Shown one piece after another: positions 12,576 through 25,480 of a DNA stretch of 64,000 nt. Where the stretch lies: NCBI RefSeq assembly GCF_001194135.2, contig NC_068986.1:1445314-1509313 (forward strand). Direction: 5' to 3'. The stretch comes from Octopus bimaculoides. Taxonomy: Eukaryota. Every line of letters starts with the position of its first letter. Position 1 is the first letter of the stretch. The notes beneath the pieces were generated by a model. That model saw only the letters and a program-made list of their open reading frames with translations, was not told the DNA's origin and searched no databases. Both the position numbers and the translations under genes were made by a program.

Positions 12576-14209
12576 GATTTATGAATTTGTGTGTACCCTT
12601 TCCTTGACATCATGTGATATTTGTAAACAAGCGTCACCATCATACAAGCAATGTTGTTCATTTGCATCTTCTATGAAAAATATGTTTGGCCTTGGGAAAA
12701 TATTAACTTGCTTGGAAACTGGTGAGGATTGGCAACAGGAAGGACATTCAGCTATAGAATATCTCTCTTAATAAATTCCATCTGATCCATGCAAGCATGG
12801 AAAAGTGGATGTTAAACTATGATGCTGATATGTAGCTATGTGTATGCATATCTAATGTGTATAGGCCAATAGCTATATATCTATTTGCCTGTCTATGTTT
12901 TTACTTATCTCATGTTTCTATATTCATGTGAGGTTTTATACTGTAATCTGAGCCATGGTTAGTTTTTATCTGTTTTCTTTGTTACAAGTGTTTGTAATAA
13001 TAACAATTTAGCATTTCTATGTATATGGCCTCAAACATTCTGAAATTAGGTCATATTTGTGTGTGATGATATATATATGTACACACATACATATATATAC
13101 ACACACATACACACACATGCCTGCATGTTTTCAGTTTCAGCTCTGAAATTAGGATATATCTGTCGACCAATCAAAAACTATGCAATAGATAATGTGTATG
13201 TGCCCCTCGTGCGTGTGCTCACATCTTCCAGGGTGTACGTTAGAATACCAGAATGGAAAAAACACAATTTCAAACTATTATTCTTTTGCAATGTTAGAAT
13301 AGTTCACTTTCTAATCACATGGTTTCAAGTTCAGTCCCACTGCATAGTACTCAGGTGCAGGTATCACTCTGGGGCTAAGGTATTTGCTCCCTAACCATGC
13401 AGCTTCAGGTTTAGTCCCATTGCATAGCAACTTATTAAAGTGTCTTCTATTAAAGTCTTGAGATGGTCAAAGCCTTGTAAGTGGATTTTCGTAGATAGAG
13501 ACTCTGTGTGTTTACCTGTTTGTTTACATTGATACCTCTTTGAAAAATCACTCAGCTATGGGTCAAAAAACATGTTGCTATTAGTAGGAGGAAGGGCTTC
13601 TGGCTGTAAAACAACACCTCAATAATATAGTTATCTAACTCATGCCGGCATGGTAAAAACAAAAACGAAACAAATGTAAATAATAATTTAAATAGTGAAG
13701 CTGGGGTTAGAGAGAAATCTGGAATTATTTTAGAGTTAGAGTTCTTCTATAATTGAAAGCAAAATTTAACGATAAATTTAATCAATGTATTTTGAATTAA
13801 AAATACCCATCACACCATGTTAGTTTTCTGTCATGCTATATGGTTCCAGTTGTCCTCAGTATTATGAGATATCTTTAGATGTTATTGTCACTATTTTATT
13901 TTCCCAAAGGAAACCCTATATGTAACATTATTTTCCTCAGGAAAGCTGTAGAAATGATGGTGAGGTAATAATTAGTTAATGTAATTATTGTCCTAAATCT
14001 GGTAAAATATTAAATTTCAACCCTTTGTTTTGTGTTTAGAGCTCCATAGCTATTATACAAACTAATTGTATCATTTTTCTTTTTAAGTGAAGATTCTCAC
14101 CTTGAGAAAGGGAAAAAAAACTTATATTTTAAATCACTATTAATTAATGAATTTTAACTTTTCAGACAATCAATTTCATCAATGAGATTACCGTTAATAC
14201 TTACATTTA

Positions 14210-14425
14210 CAAATGAGTACTGAAAAGCTCCTGGTTTAAGAGTATTGCAAAACGCCTGGCTGGAGGCCTAACTTTCCAGGTTCTTTTATAAGGCTTAGAA
14301 AAACTGAAGGGCTGCTGCAATAAGTGTGTGAATCTGAGACGGGAATATGTTGAATAAAATCATAATTAACTGATCCACCTGTATTTTCTTTTACCCAAAG
14401 CCAAGAACTTTTTAGCACCCCATTG
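14210..14425 (+). mobile_element. Mariner-type MITE (about 215 bp)
   Basis: Imperfect TIRs (GAGTACTGAAAAGCTCCTGGTTT / AAAGCCAAGAACTTTTTAGCACCCC). The interior retains the transposase C-terminus LEKLKGCCNKCVNLRREYVE*. Confidence 0.75.
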
Positions 14426-15615
14426 TGCATTATATTTCAATCAATTTCCTCTCCAAATTGTCAAGTGTCTTGAATAATCCCCACAAGACACCCACTTCTA
14501 AAAAAAATACTGGTTTAGCTCCAAGTTGACCTTGACAGAGCAGATTTATTATAAAAGAGCTTTCAGGTCATAACTGCATCCTTCTTTTTCATTTTTTCAT
14601 TATTCCCCTTTTCTTTAAGATCATAGGGTGTTCAAAGGTTTTGCTTCTGTATTAAGTCAAACCACAATGTAGAGACTCTCTTTTTGGCTCCATTAGAGAT
14701 GACTGTTCCATTATACAGTATATTGATGTTTACAAAGTAAGTCTTCATTCAGTCAGATATGACCACGATCGTTGTATTCTATAGGTTTGTCTCTTTGGGA
14801 CAAATCTATGGAAATTCTCATTTTCTTGTGACTGGGAAGTTCTACGTGTGAGTTTCTGTTGCAGATTGTATTCATATGAGGGTTTTGGGTCTGTTAGCAT
14901 TCTTCTTTTGCCTGCTCCAAGATGTTTGCTACAAAACCTCTCAATACTTGGTATCGATGTCAAGGGTCTTCATAATTTTGTTGCCATAATGGAAGTAATC
15001 TACTTCTTCATTAGATTAGAAGGCAAGTATTTCAACTTTGCCTGCCATGCAAAGCTCTTGTGGGATGTGTTGTTTTCCAATGATCTTGGTCAATTGCGTG
15101 GAGTATATGTAAAATGTATATATTTACTGATCTTATTACTTAATGTCAGTATTCCTTTTCAGTGTATGACTATTTGTAGTTTCTATAACATAATTCGAAT
15201 TACGAAAGAACATTAAATTATTTGAAATGATTGGTTGTTGGCCATCAGTTTTAACAACTTTTGTAGATCTGTCAGGGGGAATAACTCCTGCTGGCAAAAT
15301 GAAATTAACTTACTACGACATAACGTAGAATGTAATATCCTTCGAGTTATTAGATCACAACTGTTTTCCTTTCTCTCTCTCTCCTCCAACCTGTATTGCT
15401 CCACCTTGTGGAAAACTGAAACCACCAGTCATTTATCTTCCGAGTACAACCTGCACTTTCCACTGTATCAGCTCGCATTCTCTTGATTAGTTCTTCAGAT
15501 TCTTATTTCATATCAATTAGATCTCATTGTCATTTCATACACAATTCAACCTGCTTTTTGCTTTAACATTTTTTTATCTGTTATACTACTTATACTCTGA
15601 TCCATTGGTCTTCTC

Positions 15616-15712
<97 letters not shown>

Positions 15713-16099
15713 NNNNNNNNNNNNNNNNNNNNNNNNNNNNNNNNNNNNNNNNNNNNNNNNNNNNNNNNNNNNNNNNNNNNNNNNNNNNNNNNNNNNNNNN
15801 NNNNNNNNNNNNNNNNNNNNNNNNNNNNNNNNNNNNNNNNNNNNNNNNNNNNNNNNNNNNNNNNNNNNNNNNNNNNNNNNNNNNNNNNNNNNNNNNNNNN
15901 NNNNNNNNNNNNNNNNNNNNNNNNNNNNNNNNNNNNNNNNNNNNNNNNNNNNNNNNNNNNNNNNNNNNNNNNNNNNNNNNNNNNNNNNNNNNNNNNNNNN
16001 NNNNNNNNNNNNNNNNNNNNNNNNNNNNNNNNNNNNNNNNNNNNNNNNNNNNNNNNNNNNNNNNNNNNNNNNNNNNNNNNNNNNNNNNNNNNNNNNNNN
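15713..16099. other. Assembly gap; other large gaps at 30095-30299, 50059-50539 and 57407-57711, with 10-N gaps near 3272, 23350, 28275, 33751, 43077 and 56078
   Basis: Runs of N, mostly bordered by (TA)n or (AAT)n. Confidence 0.99.
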
Positions 16100-16177
16100 T
16101 ATAACTTCTGCTGCCATGTTGAAATTTATTTACTTACCACATAACTTAGAATATGATATTCCACATATGGTACTCAT

Positions 16178-16304
16178 ACTGTTGCAAATGTCTTACACTG
16201 TTGCAAATGTCTTACACTGTTGCAAATGTCTTACACTGTTGCAAATGTCTTACACTGTTGCAAATGTCTTACACTGTTGCAAATGTCTTACACTGTTGCA
16301 TATG
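16178..16304. repeat. Perfect 19-bp minisatellite (ACTGTTGCAAATGTCTTAC) x6 plus a partial unit
   Basis: Six identical head-to-tail units with no spacers. Confidence 0.97.
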
Positions 16305-16569
16305 TTGGCCAATGTTTCATGAATGGAATTTGATATAGACCCTGCAGTTCCCACTTCCACTAATTTTACATATTCTTTCTTCATGCTAGCATGGGTTGGA
16401 CGAGTCATTTTGAGCTTCCTGATGCCAACCTTTGTTTCTCAAGTGAGGCATTTTTGCCCGTCAAGCTGCTGCTGGACATTTTGTATATAGGAGCCCCCCC
16501 CCCCAAAAAAATACTTCACTACCAAAGTATTGTCAGTGTGAAGACACATGCATGCATACACCCATACAT

Positions 16570-16642
<73 letters not shown>

Positions 16643-17150
16643 TACTTGCATGTGAAGGAATTCTGTATGCTTTCTGTCTACCATATTCCATTCACAAGGT
16701 ATTGGTCAACTTGAAGCTATTACTGAGAATGCCATTTGCTTAAAATTTTATGCAATGAGATTGAATCTGAAACCATGTGGTTGCAAAGTAAAACTTCTCA
16801 ACGATACAACCTTAACTGTCTGTACCATACTTCTGCATGTATGTGAGTGTATGTATGCATGCGCGTGTGTGTGTATGCATGTATGTGTGTATATGTATGT
16901 GCATGTAAGACTGTATGTCAGATTGTGTTCTTTTATATTAAAGGCAACTAAACCAGTTATTAATAAAATTAATTGCAGTCTGAAACATATACTGGAGTTG
17001 ATTTGATCTTCTAAATCCCTTGAAGGCAGTAACCCGGTGAGGCTACATTCTAGCCACTGAAGTCAGTAAAAGAATGAAATAACAGTTGTCTAAGCATTTG
17101 ATTGCGTCCAGTTTATTAATGTTCACAAAATATTTTTGTTTACCTTTCAG

Positions 17151-17224
17151 GGTCTAGAAGCTCAAAAATACAAGAATACCCTTGATTGTGTGATTAAAGT
17201 TATGAAATACGAAGGTCCAAAAGC
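17151..17224 (+). CDS. SLC25A1: SLC25A1 exon, 74 nt: GLEAQKYKNTLDCVIKVMKYEGPK(A)
   Basis: ctttcag acceptor and gtaagt donor. Matches human GLEAHKYRNTWDC...EGLKA. Phases (0 to 2) fit both neighbouring exons. Confidence 0.96.
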
Positions 17225-17294
17225 GTAAGTTTAATCTTTATATTTTAATTAGCAGAAATGTATTTATGGTGTCTAAGGAACTGTCTCATGTGAA

Positions 17295-17630
17295 GGCGCA
17301 TGGCTCAATGGTTAGAGCATTGGGCTCACAATCATGAGGTAGTGTGTTTGATTCCTGGACCGGGCTGTGTGTTGTATTCTTGAGCAAGACACTTTATTTC
17401 ATGTTGCTCCAGTTCACACGGCTGTAGAAATGAGTTGCAACATCACTGGTGCCAAACTGTGTTGGCCTTTGCCTTTCCCTAGAATAACATCAGTGGCATG
17501 GAGAGTGGAGGCTGGTATGCAATGGCCAACTGCTGGCCTTCCATAAACAACCTTGCCTGAACTTGTGCCTTGGAGAGTAACTTTCTAGGTGCAATCCCAT
17601 GGTTATTCATGACCGAAGGTGGGTCTTTAC
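17295..17630 (+). mobile_element. Family C tRNA-derived SINE in the SLC25A1 intron; related copies near 39480-39600 and 61500-61620
   Basis: A box TGGCTCAATGG (17301), B box GTTTGATTCC (17346), then CTTGAGCAAGACACTT...CCAGTTCACACGGCTGTAGAAATG. Confidence 0.8.
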
Positions 17631-17659
17631 CTCCCTATGTTATCTCTTGGCTTACCTTA

Positions 17660-17831
17660 CCCGCTTATGTTATCTCTTAGCTTCAAGTTTTCATTGATGT
17701 AGTTATTTATTTTTTTTAGTGATATTGTTAAGTGAGAGGCTGGATCTGGCCAGTTTGAACCATAAAACAGGTAGAATATAAAACATAAAACAGGGCCTGA
17801 TATGATCAGTTTAAATGCTAAAGGGTGTTAA
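17660..17831. mobile_element. Possible TTAA/piggyBac-type MITE end
   Basis: Ends ...AAATGCTAAAGGGTGTTAA, resembling an AGGG-TTAA terminus. The other end was not identified. Confidence 0.3.
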
Positions 17832-18354
17832 GCTTGTAATATTTCTAATATTACCTACGTTTTGAAATTATATCTTTTTCCGGCACATCTCCAGTCATTC
17901 GCTATCCTTATTATTATATTTTAATGTTAACATTTCAATGGTGAAGTCAGTACTGACATATTTAAAGGTGTGTGTCACAAATTTTAATTAAGATTATTGT
18001 GGCGAAGAGGGACAATTACTAGCTTAATGAGTAATACTAGGAAAGGCAAGAGAGGTAACCTTGAAGTTAAAATTAATAATTAATTAGAATGCAGTGGTGA
18101 GTGAAACTGATTTTTGACAGCCACTTCAGATTGGTATACTATTAATGTCTACCAAGTTTCAACTGTTTTAGATCAAATGTCCTTCGTTTATTTCTGTTTA
18201 ATTTCTTTCCAGTGACATCAATGCGCCAAACCACTTTTCTTACCTTCCAAATATAGTTTAATCATTTTATGATTTTTAAAAGTTGATAAAATTACTTGTA
18301 GAAGGATATTTTTTAATGTAAATGTATCCCATTGGTTGTTTTCTGTTGTTGTAG

Positions 18355-18466
18355 ATTCTACAAAGGAACCATTCCACGTCTCAGTCGTGTCTGTCTTGAT
18401 GTAGCCATCACTTTCATGATTTACGACAGCTTCATGAATTTCTTCAACAAAATCTGGGTGACGTAA
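18355..18466 (+). CDS. SLC25A1: SLC25A1 terminal coding exon: (A)[36 protein letters not shown]
   Basis: ttgtag acceptor and TAA stop at 18464-18466. Matches human [24 protein letters not shown], with both H6 substrate-binding arginines (PRLSR) present. Confidence 0.97.
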
Positions 18467-20783
18467 CCCAGCCTGCAATTCACTAAAGACAACGACCACT
18501 GCTCATGTATCAACTACTGCTATATCCTCGGACTTGATCTCCCTTTCTGCATCCCATGTCTTCAACTTGAACAATTCTTATGTTTTTTGAAGAGACAAAC
18601 TGCTTGGTTGTATTATCTGCTGATTTCTGTTAAATTATCTGAACCTTTTTTTGTTAAATTTATATATACATATATATATTTGTAAGAACTTACATTGAAA
18701 AATATGTTTTAAAGCAGTATAATCCTTTAATTCAAAGGGTTTTGATGTTATTTTACGTTTTTAAGAATTATTGATGGGATTAAATTACCTGCATCATTTG
18801 ATCATTGAAAAATCTTATACATTTCTTTAACATACATCCACACATGGGTGGCAATCTTTATGAGGTTGTTATGACTGCTAAAAATAGCAGTTGAATCTCC
18901 CTTAAACAATGACTGCTGTCTTGGAAATGAAGGGACCCATTAGACAATGTAGTCTCCAGACAGAAGGGTCATGACTGGAATGGATTTGATCATTGGCCTG
19001 CTTTACTATTTCAATTCATATTAATGCTTTGAACATAAGTAATTTTGTTTAAAGTTTACATGCATTTATATATATATTGTAATAATAATAATGATTATTA
19101 TAGATGTGATTCAAATGTACATTAGCAGACACACAGATACAATGAAAAACAGAAGTAGAATCAGAAAGCCAGCTTGAAGGAATTGAGCATATATATTCCT
19201 TTTGGTTCTGGGGCACATGCGAGCATATAACCAAACATATGTGAACATGTACACACAACTACACCTGCCTTTCCTATTTTTTTTTTTTTTTAATTAAGGG
19301 GAATGTCTGTATTTTGTATATCTTCCACCATTAAAATACTGACTACATACACTTCCATGAGAAACTATAGAATATTTCAAATAATTCTACTTTTGGTTCA
19401 TTAAAAGAAAAGCATTTCTCTAAACAATATTGTTTATCACAAGAGATTACCACTTATGTTAACTTTTTCCTTATCTGATATGTACTTGCTGTTTATTTAA
19501 ACTGCTGTTGTGATTCTGCTGGACAAATGTTTTGTAAAAATCTAAATACGTTTTATGGGAAATATTATTTTGACATGGTCCAACCCATGCCAGCATGGAA
19601 AATGGATATTAAACGATGATAATGATGATTATTATTAGCTATTCTATCTTGATTCCTGTTGAAATTAGTATTTCATTTTTGTTTTTCAAAATTTATCTAA
19701 AAAAAAAAAGACTTCATTACATTTAATAAGGCAATTTATAAAATCACTTATGGAAGTGGTTTTGTGAATAAGATGTTGGATTTGAGATAAGAAGTGGCTT
19801 TGATCTCATTCCATTTATTTTGTCATTTATTAAAAAAATAGACAAGGAAATTTCTCACAGCTATTGTCCTAATTTGCTCACTTGTATCTTTCTAGGACAA
19901 AACCCATGAGTAATACCTATCATGACATTATAAATTTATTTTTGATTTTTTTAATGGAAAAGACAAAAATGTGGCAAGAAAAAGAAGAAAAAAACTGCGT
20001 GGTTGTCTCAATTTTCATTTTTTTCTCTTTTTTTATTCTATCAATTTTGAGCCTTTATTTCATCGATTGAATACTATTTGATGTGCTTTTATTCAGTTTA
20101 CTTTTGAGTAAAAGCCTGTATTGATTTAATGGGGAAAAAAACTAAACTTTTTATTGAAATTTGGTTTAAAAAATTTTTTTTTCAATCTTGAAAATAGTAT
20201 TTTCAGATTTATATTCTTCTATTCTATTTGGTAAAATTTATCATTATATTAATCTGTTGTTAATCAATCATTTCTATTTTGTTTATTCATCAAAATACTA
20301 TTTCTAATTTTTTTTTTTCTTTGACTGGCACAAAAATTCTTGTAAAATTTTATTTGAATCATTCTTCTTTGAGTGAAGATTTTGATTGGAGTTTTAAAGG
20401 GAGAAAGGACATGAAAATAGAAATTAAAGCTATTTATATATTGAGGTTTGTATTGTGAAGTGATTTTTATAGTGGGTAGCATGAAGAAATATGAAGAAAC
20501 TTTAAAATGTTTGTGTGATGTCAGCTGACAACTGTATTGTAACAAACATTATAGCTGACCAGCGATTTTTCTTCTGATACTTTTTCTCAGATAATATAAA
20601 GACAGAAGAAAATGAAAACTGGTACAAATGTGGCAGTCGTTTCCACCAAACTGCTATTTCCATAAAACATATTACCTATAGCATTTAAACTTCAGGTAAT
20701 GTTTTAATACATGTGATATACAATACACATTCCAAAAATGAAAGTTTTGTATTTTGAATGAGTTAAGACACTAAACTAACTTG

Positions 20784-20789
20784 AATAAA
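20784..20789 (+). terminator. Candidate polyadenylation signal for SLC25A1
   Basis: First canonical AATAAA I found after the stop, followed by a GT/T-rich tract. Variant ATTAAA hexamers occur earlier (e.g. 18779) and more AATAAA later, so usage is unverified. Confidence 0.25.
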
Positions 20790-23700
20790 TGTTGTCTTTT
20801 AAATATTCTGTTGGTATTTAACAGTGAATTTTCAAATATAAAAAAAATATCAAAATCATGTTATTCATTTTAAATAGCTAAAATGATTAATCAGAAAGAT
20901 ATTGCTGTTGTATTTGGATATTTCATTTTTATAATTTTATTTATTTTTAAAAATGTAAATCCCTTCCAATATCTCAAACATTTTTTACTAATCATAAGTT
21001 TGATGCTATCTCAGATTATGCTTTGTAACTTTGATAGCAAATATTGTTGCTAAGAATCAGAAATTCACATATTTCAGTTAGGTTTGTTTTCGCTACTTTC
21101 TCTTATTCATATATTAATTTTGGAAAGTTCTCCACCTAAGCCACTTATTTACCATATGTTAGTAATATATTCTTTTAAGGCATTAGCTACTAATTAAAGT
21201 CTGATATTACTCTATTCATTATAGTATGTTAATTAACAGGAATTCTGAACATGTCATTGATATAAACTATTTTATGGTTTTTATATTTCATGTCATTAAT
21301 TATCCAAAATAATAAGTAGAAGAAAATATCTTTTGAAGTAACTTTTAAAAAGTGTTTCATGTAATTCCAGTATGTAAACTACATCGTTAATTAGGATGGA
21401 TGCTGTGATTATATTTCATCAGCAGATGCGTCCGTTTAGTCCAATGTAGTAGTATGCTATATTGTGAGGACAGAACCACAAACTATAAAGTAATGGTGAT
21501 TATAGAATTCATGACAAACATTGAACCCTTGGGGGGTTTCTCATCTCTGTGATAAAGCATAACATTATGATTTTCTTCATTTGTTCCAAGAATCATGCTA
21601 ATTATCACTTCTATTGAGAAATTATTTGATCAGCAATGGAAGTTAGTTTCATATTTTACTATTGATTCTGTGCAGTAAACACACAGACAAGGTTGTTGAT
21701 GCTGCAATCTATATTTTAGTTCAGCGTTCATAATCAGCAGAAAAATAAGGCTGACATGCTTCAAGGGAAGAAATATTTGGTGAGTAGAGCTTGATTAGTA
21801 TTTTTTTTTTATATTTAAGATAATGTTCAAGAAAGATAACTCAATGTAATCCAACTGTCAAAAAAAAACCAAGGAATAGCTATTTTTCCTGATATTGTTC
21901 AGAATCAACAGCCCCACTGATGTCACATAGTGCTTCCTGAGATCGGATGGGTGGCAGTGAAAGTGGGTAAAGTATGAGCTCCCCTTTGTAGTTACAATGA
22001 AATATGATTTTCCATCTTCAAATTTTGTTTGAAAATTTAGAATGATTAAAAATATTGATTATATTCTGCTGAGGAAAGTTCAAATTTCTGAAAGACATTG
22101 GCTTTAGGTTTGTTATATCAACTTTATTATAATAAAATTTTAAGAAAGTGTTTATATTTTAAATTTTGAGGCCATATATTGCTATTGCAGAGCTAAATTA
22201 AATGTTGTGATAGATATTTGAAAGCAGCTTAACATTTGAATTTTCATATGTTCAGTTATTACTACCTGAAGATTTTTTTTATCCATTCAATTGTATTATG
22301 CTAATTTTCTTCCTCAAGAACGCAAATGTAATTTTTAGTCAATTAGTGTTACTCTTATTGTTTTCTCCCTTTTTTTAAACAGCCATCTCATTGATGGAAT
22401 TGTTCTTTAACATTGGATTTTAATTAAACATTCAAAAGCAATAACAGGAAATTTTCCAGTCATTAAAACACTTTGTGGCTTATTAAAATTGTCAGAAAAT
22501 AGAATGCTGTAGCGATCAGAATGTCTTTAGAATTGCTCTTCAATTTCTTGTATACAAACGCAGTAGAATGTAGAGTTGGTGTACAGATATTTTACATATT
22601 CACTATAGAACTTTTCCCTCTTTAAACAACAGCATACTGATTTTTTTCTTTCCTTATCTTAGGAATAAAAGAATTTTTTATTTTGATGTAGTTTAATTTT
22701 AAGGTATTTACAACTCAGATCAGATTGAACGAAAAATGTTTTTAACTTTTGACTGAAGGCAATCATTTTTTGTTTCTTTATTTAAAATTTTATTCCAAAT
22801 CAATTATCAGGATGTGTTATCTCCAACAAAATTGGATCTAAAGTCCTTTCAGAAGACATTATGTGTGCAAATATGAATGCCAACTATTCAATTTAAAATA
22901 ATAATGATTATTCAGATCTTCTAAGAATATTAATCATGTTGTCATTCACCAAGATAGTTAAAAATCTTAACAAGTCACAGTCAGTTTAAATGTAGAATAA
23001 AACTTTAATAGAAATGTAAATATAATGATTAACTTTCGACAGGATACGCATTATAAAACTGTACTCTAATCCCTCCTGTTTTTACACTTGACAAATATCA
23101 GATTCCACTGGTTGTGACTTAATAAATAACAACATGAACTGAACAGTTCTGTTGATACCAATATCAACCAAATCTACTATTTAAAGCAATAATATTTTCC
23201 TTTTTGAAAGTCTGTGATTAATGATTGTCTGAATGTAAATATAGTTTGAGTATTTGAGATTATTCTTTAGTTCATATATTTGGGTTTTCAATATCAGGTG
23301 TTACATTTTCTTTAGAAATTATATATCAAAATTTGAAGTTTTTTTATATNNNNNNNNNNATATATTGTTAAATAATGATTTAAAGAAGTACTTAATACAA
23401 ATTTAGAATGAAATAGTTTATTTGGGTTGGTCAAGTGGTCTGTTACTTGGCAGTGTCCACACTGTGCATCTTCCGTTGCCTCTTGCTATGGAAACATCAG
23501 AGTAACAAGCCACTGGACTGGCCGAAATAAACATATGAACTTCCATTATGGTTATTTTGGAGCATTCAGTCGATTTAACGATGGAGATAATTTTTTTCCT
23601 CTTCAGATTTTTGTCTCATAAATTTCAGTTATGTTTTTTTTTATTATAAAATAAAGCAATTTCTGAGAAGATGTAACAAAGACTGAATAAGCTTTCATTA

Positions 23701-24509
23701 TTATATTTTGTTTAGTGTAAAAGGCTCACACACCTGTTGTTTTTTGTTTTTTTGTTAGTGAAGAAATGTGCTATTGTTACATATTTGACAAGCGATGCAT
23801 TATGTATGCATACATCAATGTTAATAGAATTTAATGAAAATGAAGAATAAAGTATATTTATATGAAGATCTTTCTGTTCAGTGTTTTCATTAACTATATA
23901 ATAAATTTGTTTCATCTACAGGACTCAGGAATTTAGGCAAATAGTATTGTTCAAGCTGTACTTGTTTGAGTTAACCCTTTGCCTGTCCTCAACATCCATG
24001 GTTGTTTTCAGACTTGTATGCAGCTCTTGTTTCATACATTCTGAATAACAAAAAGCCCTTTTTTTTTTTTGTTTTCTGTAAGTCTCAAGTTACTCTTGTG
24101 CAGAGATGGGGAACCTGCAGCCTTCCAGAACATCAAGTGCAGCCATCTGCAGCCATTGGTATATTTTCTTTCTTTAGATTGGAAGCATTTTTCTTTGAAC
24201 CCAATGAATTTAAACTCAAAGCAACAAGTGTATAAAGGTAATATTTCCTTGTCAGCTACACCAGCCTAGTGGGAGTGAGTGATTTCATGTATGATACACA
24301 AGCAGTTCTTGTCTTGTCCACCACCTTTTCATTGTGATCTGTAACTTAGTAATTGCGTAGTCATGGCCAACTTCATACTGACTTGTTTTGTGAGACCGAG
24401 TCAGTTATAGCCCGATTTGAAACCATAAATCTATCAGTGCGTGCATTAATTTTACAGACTTGCTTTTATCTTTGAAACTTAATAAGTGATACAGTGATCG
24501 TATTTATTG

Positions 24510-25480
24510 CTGGCTGCACACTGCTTCAGACAGAATGGTCTTAGACAAAACACTATCAATTTGAAACCATGTTCTTGAATGGTAGTGACAATTGTTAAAG
24601 TCAAAACCAAAAACATGGTTTTGGATGCAAGTTTATATGTAATGTGACGATGTGATTAATGTGGATTTGCCTTATCACTCAAAAGTATGCTGGTTGTCGT
24701 AAGGGAAAGTATTGGTCAAAATTTTGTCTTTACGAAGGCAAATAATTGACTTTTTGAAAGAAAACAAACATTGAGATTTATCAGATCCAAATTTTTATAG
24801 AGATGTTGTATTTTTATGTGAGGTGATGTCAAAACAAAATGAGTTAAACATTTCATTGCAAAGCAAAAATAAATGTATTTATATGTGGCAAAAAAATTTG
24901 AGTATTTAAAAAAAATTGTTGTTTTTCAAGTTCCTTTTGGTTCAATCAAAACTTTTAGAAGAATACTTTCCTCAGCTTACGAAGGTAATGAGTGAAAATG
25001 AAGAAGATATCTATGAATCTTTTGAAGAATATGAGTCAGTTTTAGACTCATTAATAGAAAAATATAATAAAAGATTCAATGATTTTGAAAAACATATCGC
25101 TCTGAAACTTGCTTTTCAGCCTCACTTTGTTGATGTACCAGAGGCTCCTGAGGAGTTACAGATGGAGCTTATTGAAATGTTTGAAGATGATATCATGAAA
25201 TCTCTGTTTGACGAGAGGGGAAAATCCCATCAAAATTTGGAAAAATGCAGTAGAATATCCTCATCTTCATGAACATGCATGCCAATAATTTCCTACTTTT
25301 CTTCAACATACTGTTGCGAATCTACATTCTCATACTTGATGCAAATCAAGAATTCACTGAGAACACAACTGACAGATGAGCGATGGGGGAGGACCAATTG
25401 AAACTAAGACTCACTATATTAAAGCCTGGTATCCAAATGCTTTCTCAAAAAGAGAAAATTCAAAGAAATCGTTAATTTGT
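24510..25480 (+). mobile_element. Decayed hAT (Charlie/SPIN/GTF2IRD2-like) transposase
   Basis: Frame-broken motifs: HSKVCWLS*GKVL (RWLS motif), LSDPNFYRDVVFLCEVMSKQNELNISLQ, ELQMELIEM, and the dimerisation-domain SSTYCCESTFSYLMQIKNSLRTQLTDE. Includes ORF 24916-25272. Confidence 0.85.

Noticed and set aside
14440-15560. Possible decayed LINE endonuclease/RT sequence on the minus strand
   Set aside because: Only faint motif resemblance, too degraded to support without a profile search.
16178-16304. CRISPR-like look of the 19-bp array (and of the 46698-47297 palindromic array)
   Set aside because: No unique spacers, no cas genes and a eukaryotic intron/UTR context. These are minisatellites.
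18218-18499. Antisense ORFs over exons (18218-18499, 10898-11116, 47782-48009)
   Set aside because: Shadow frames of real coding exons with no independent homology.
24916-25272. 118-aa ORF as a domesticated hAT gene (ZBED/GTF2IRD2-like)
   Set aside because: Flanking transposase motifs are broken by stops and frameshifts, including the RWLS region, and there are no supporting splice signals.
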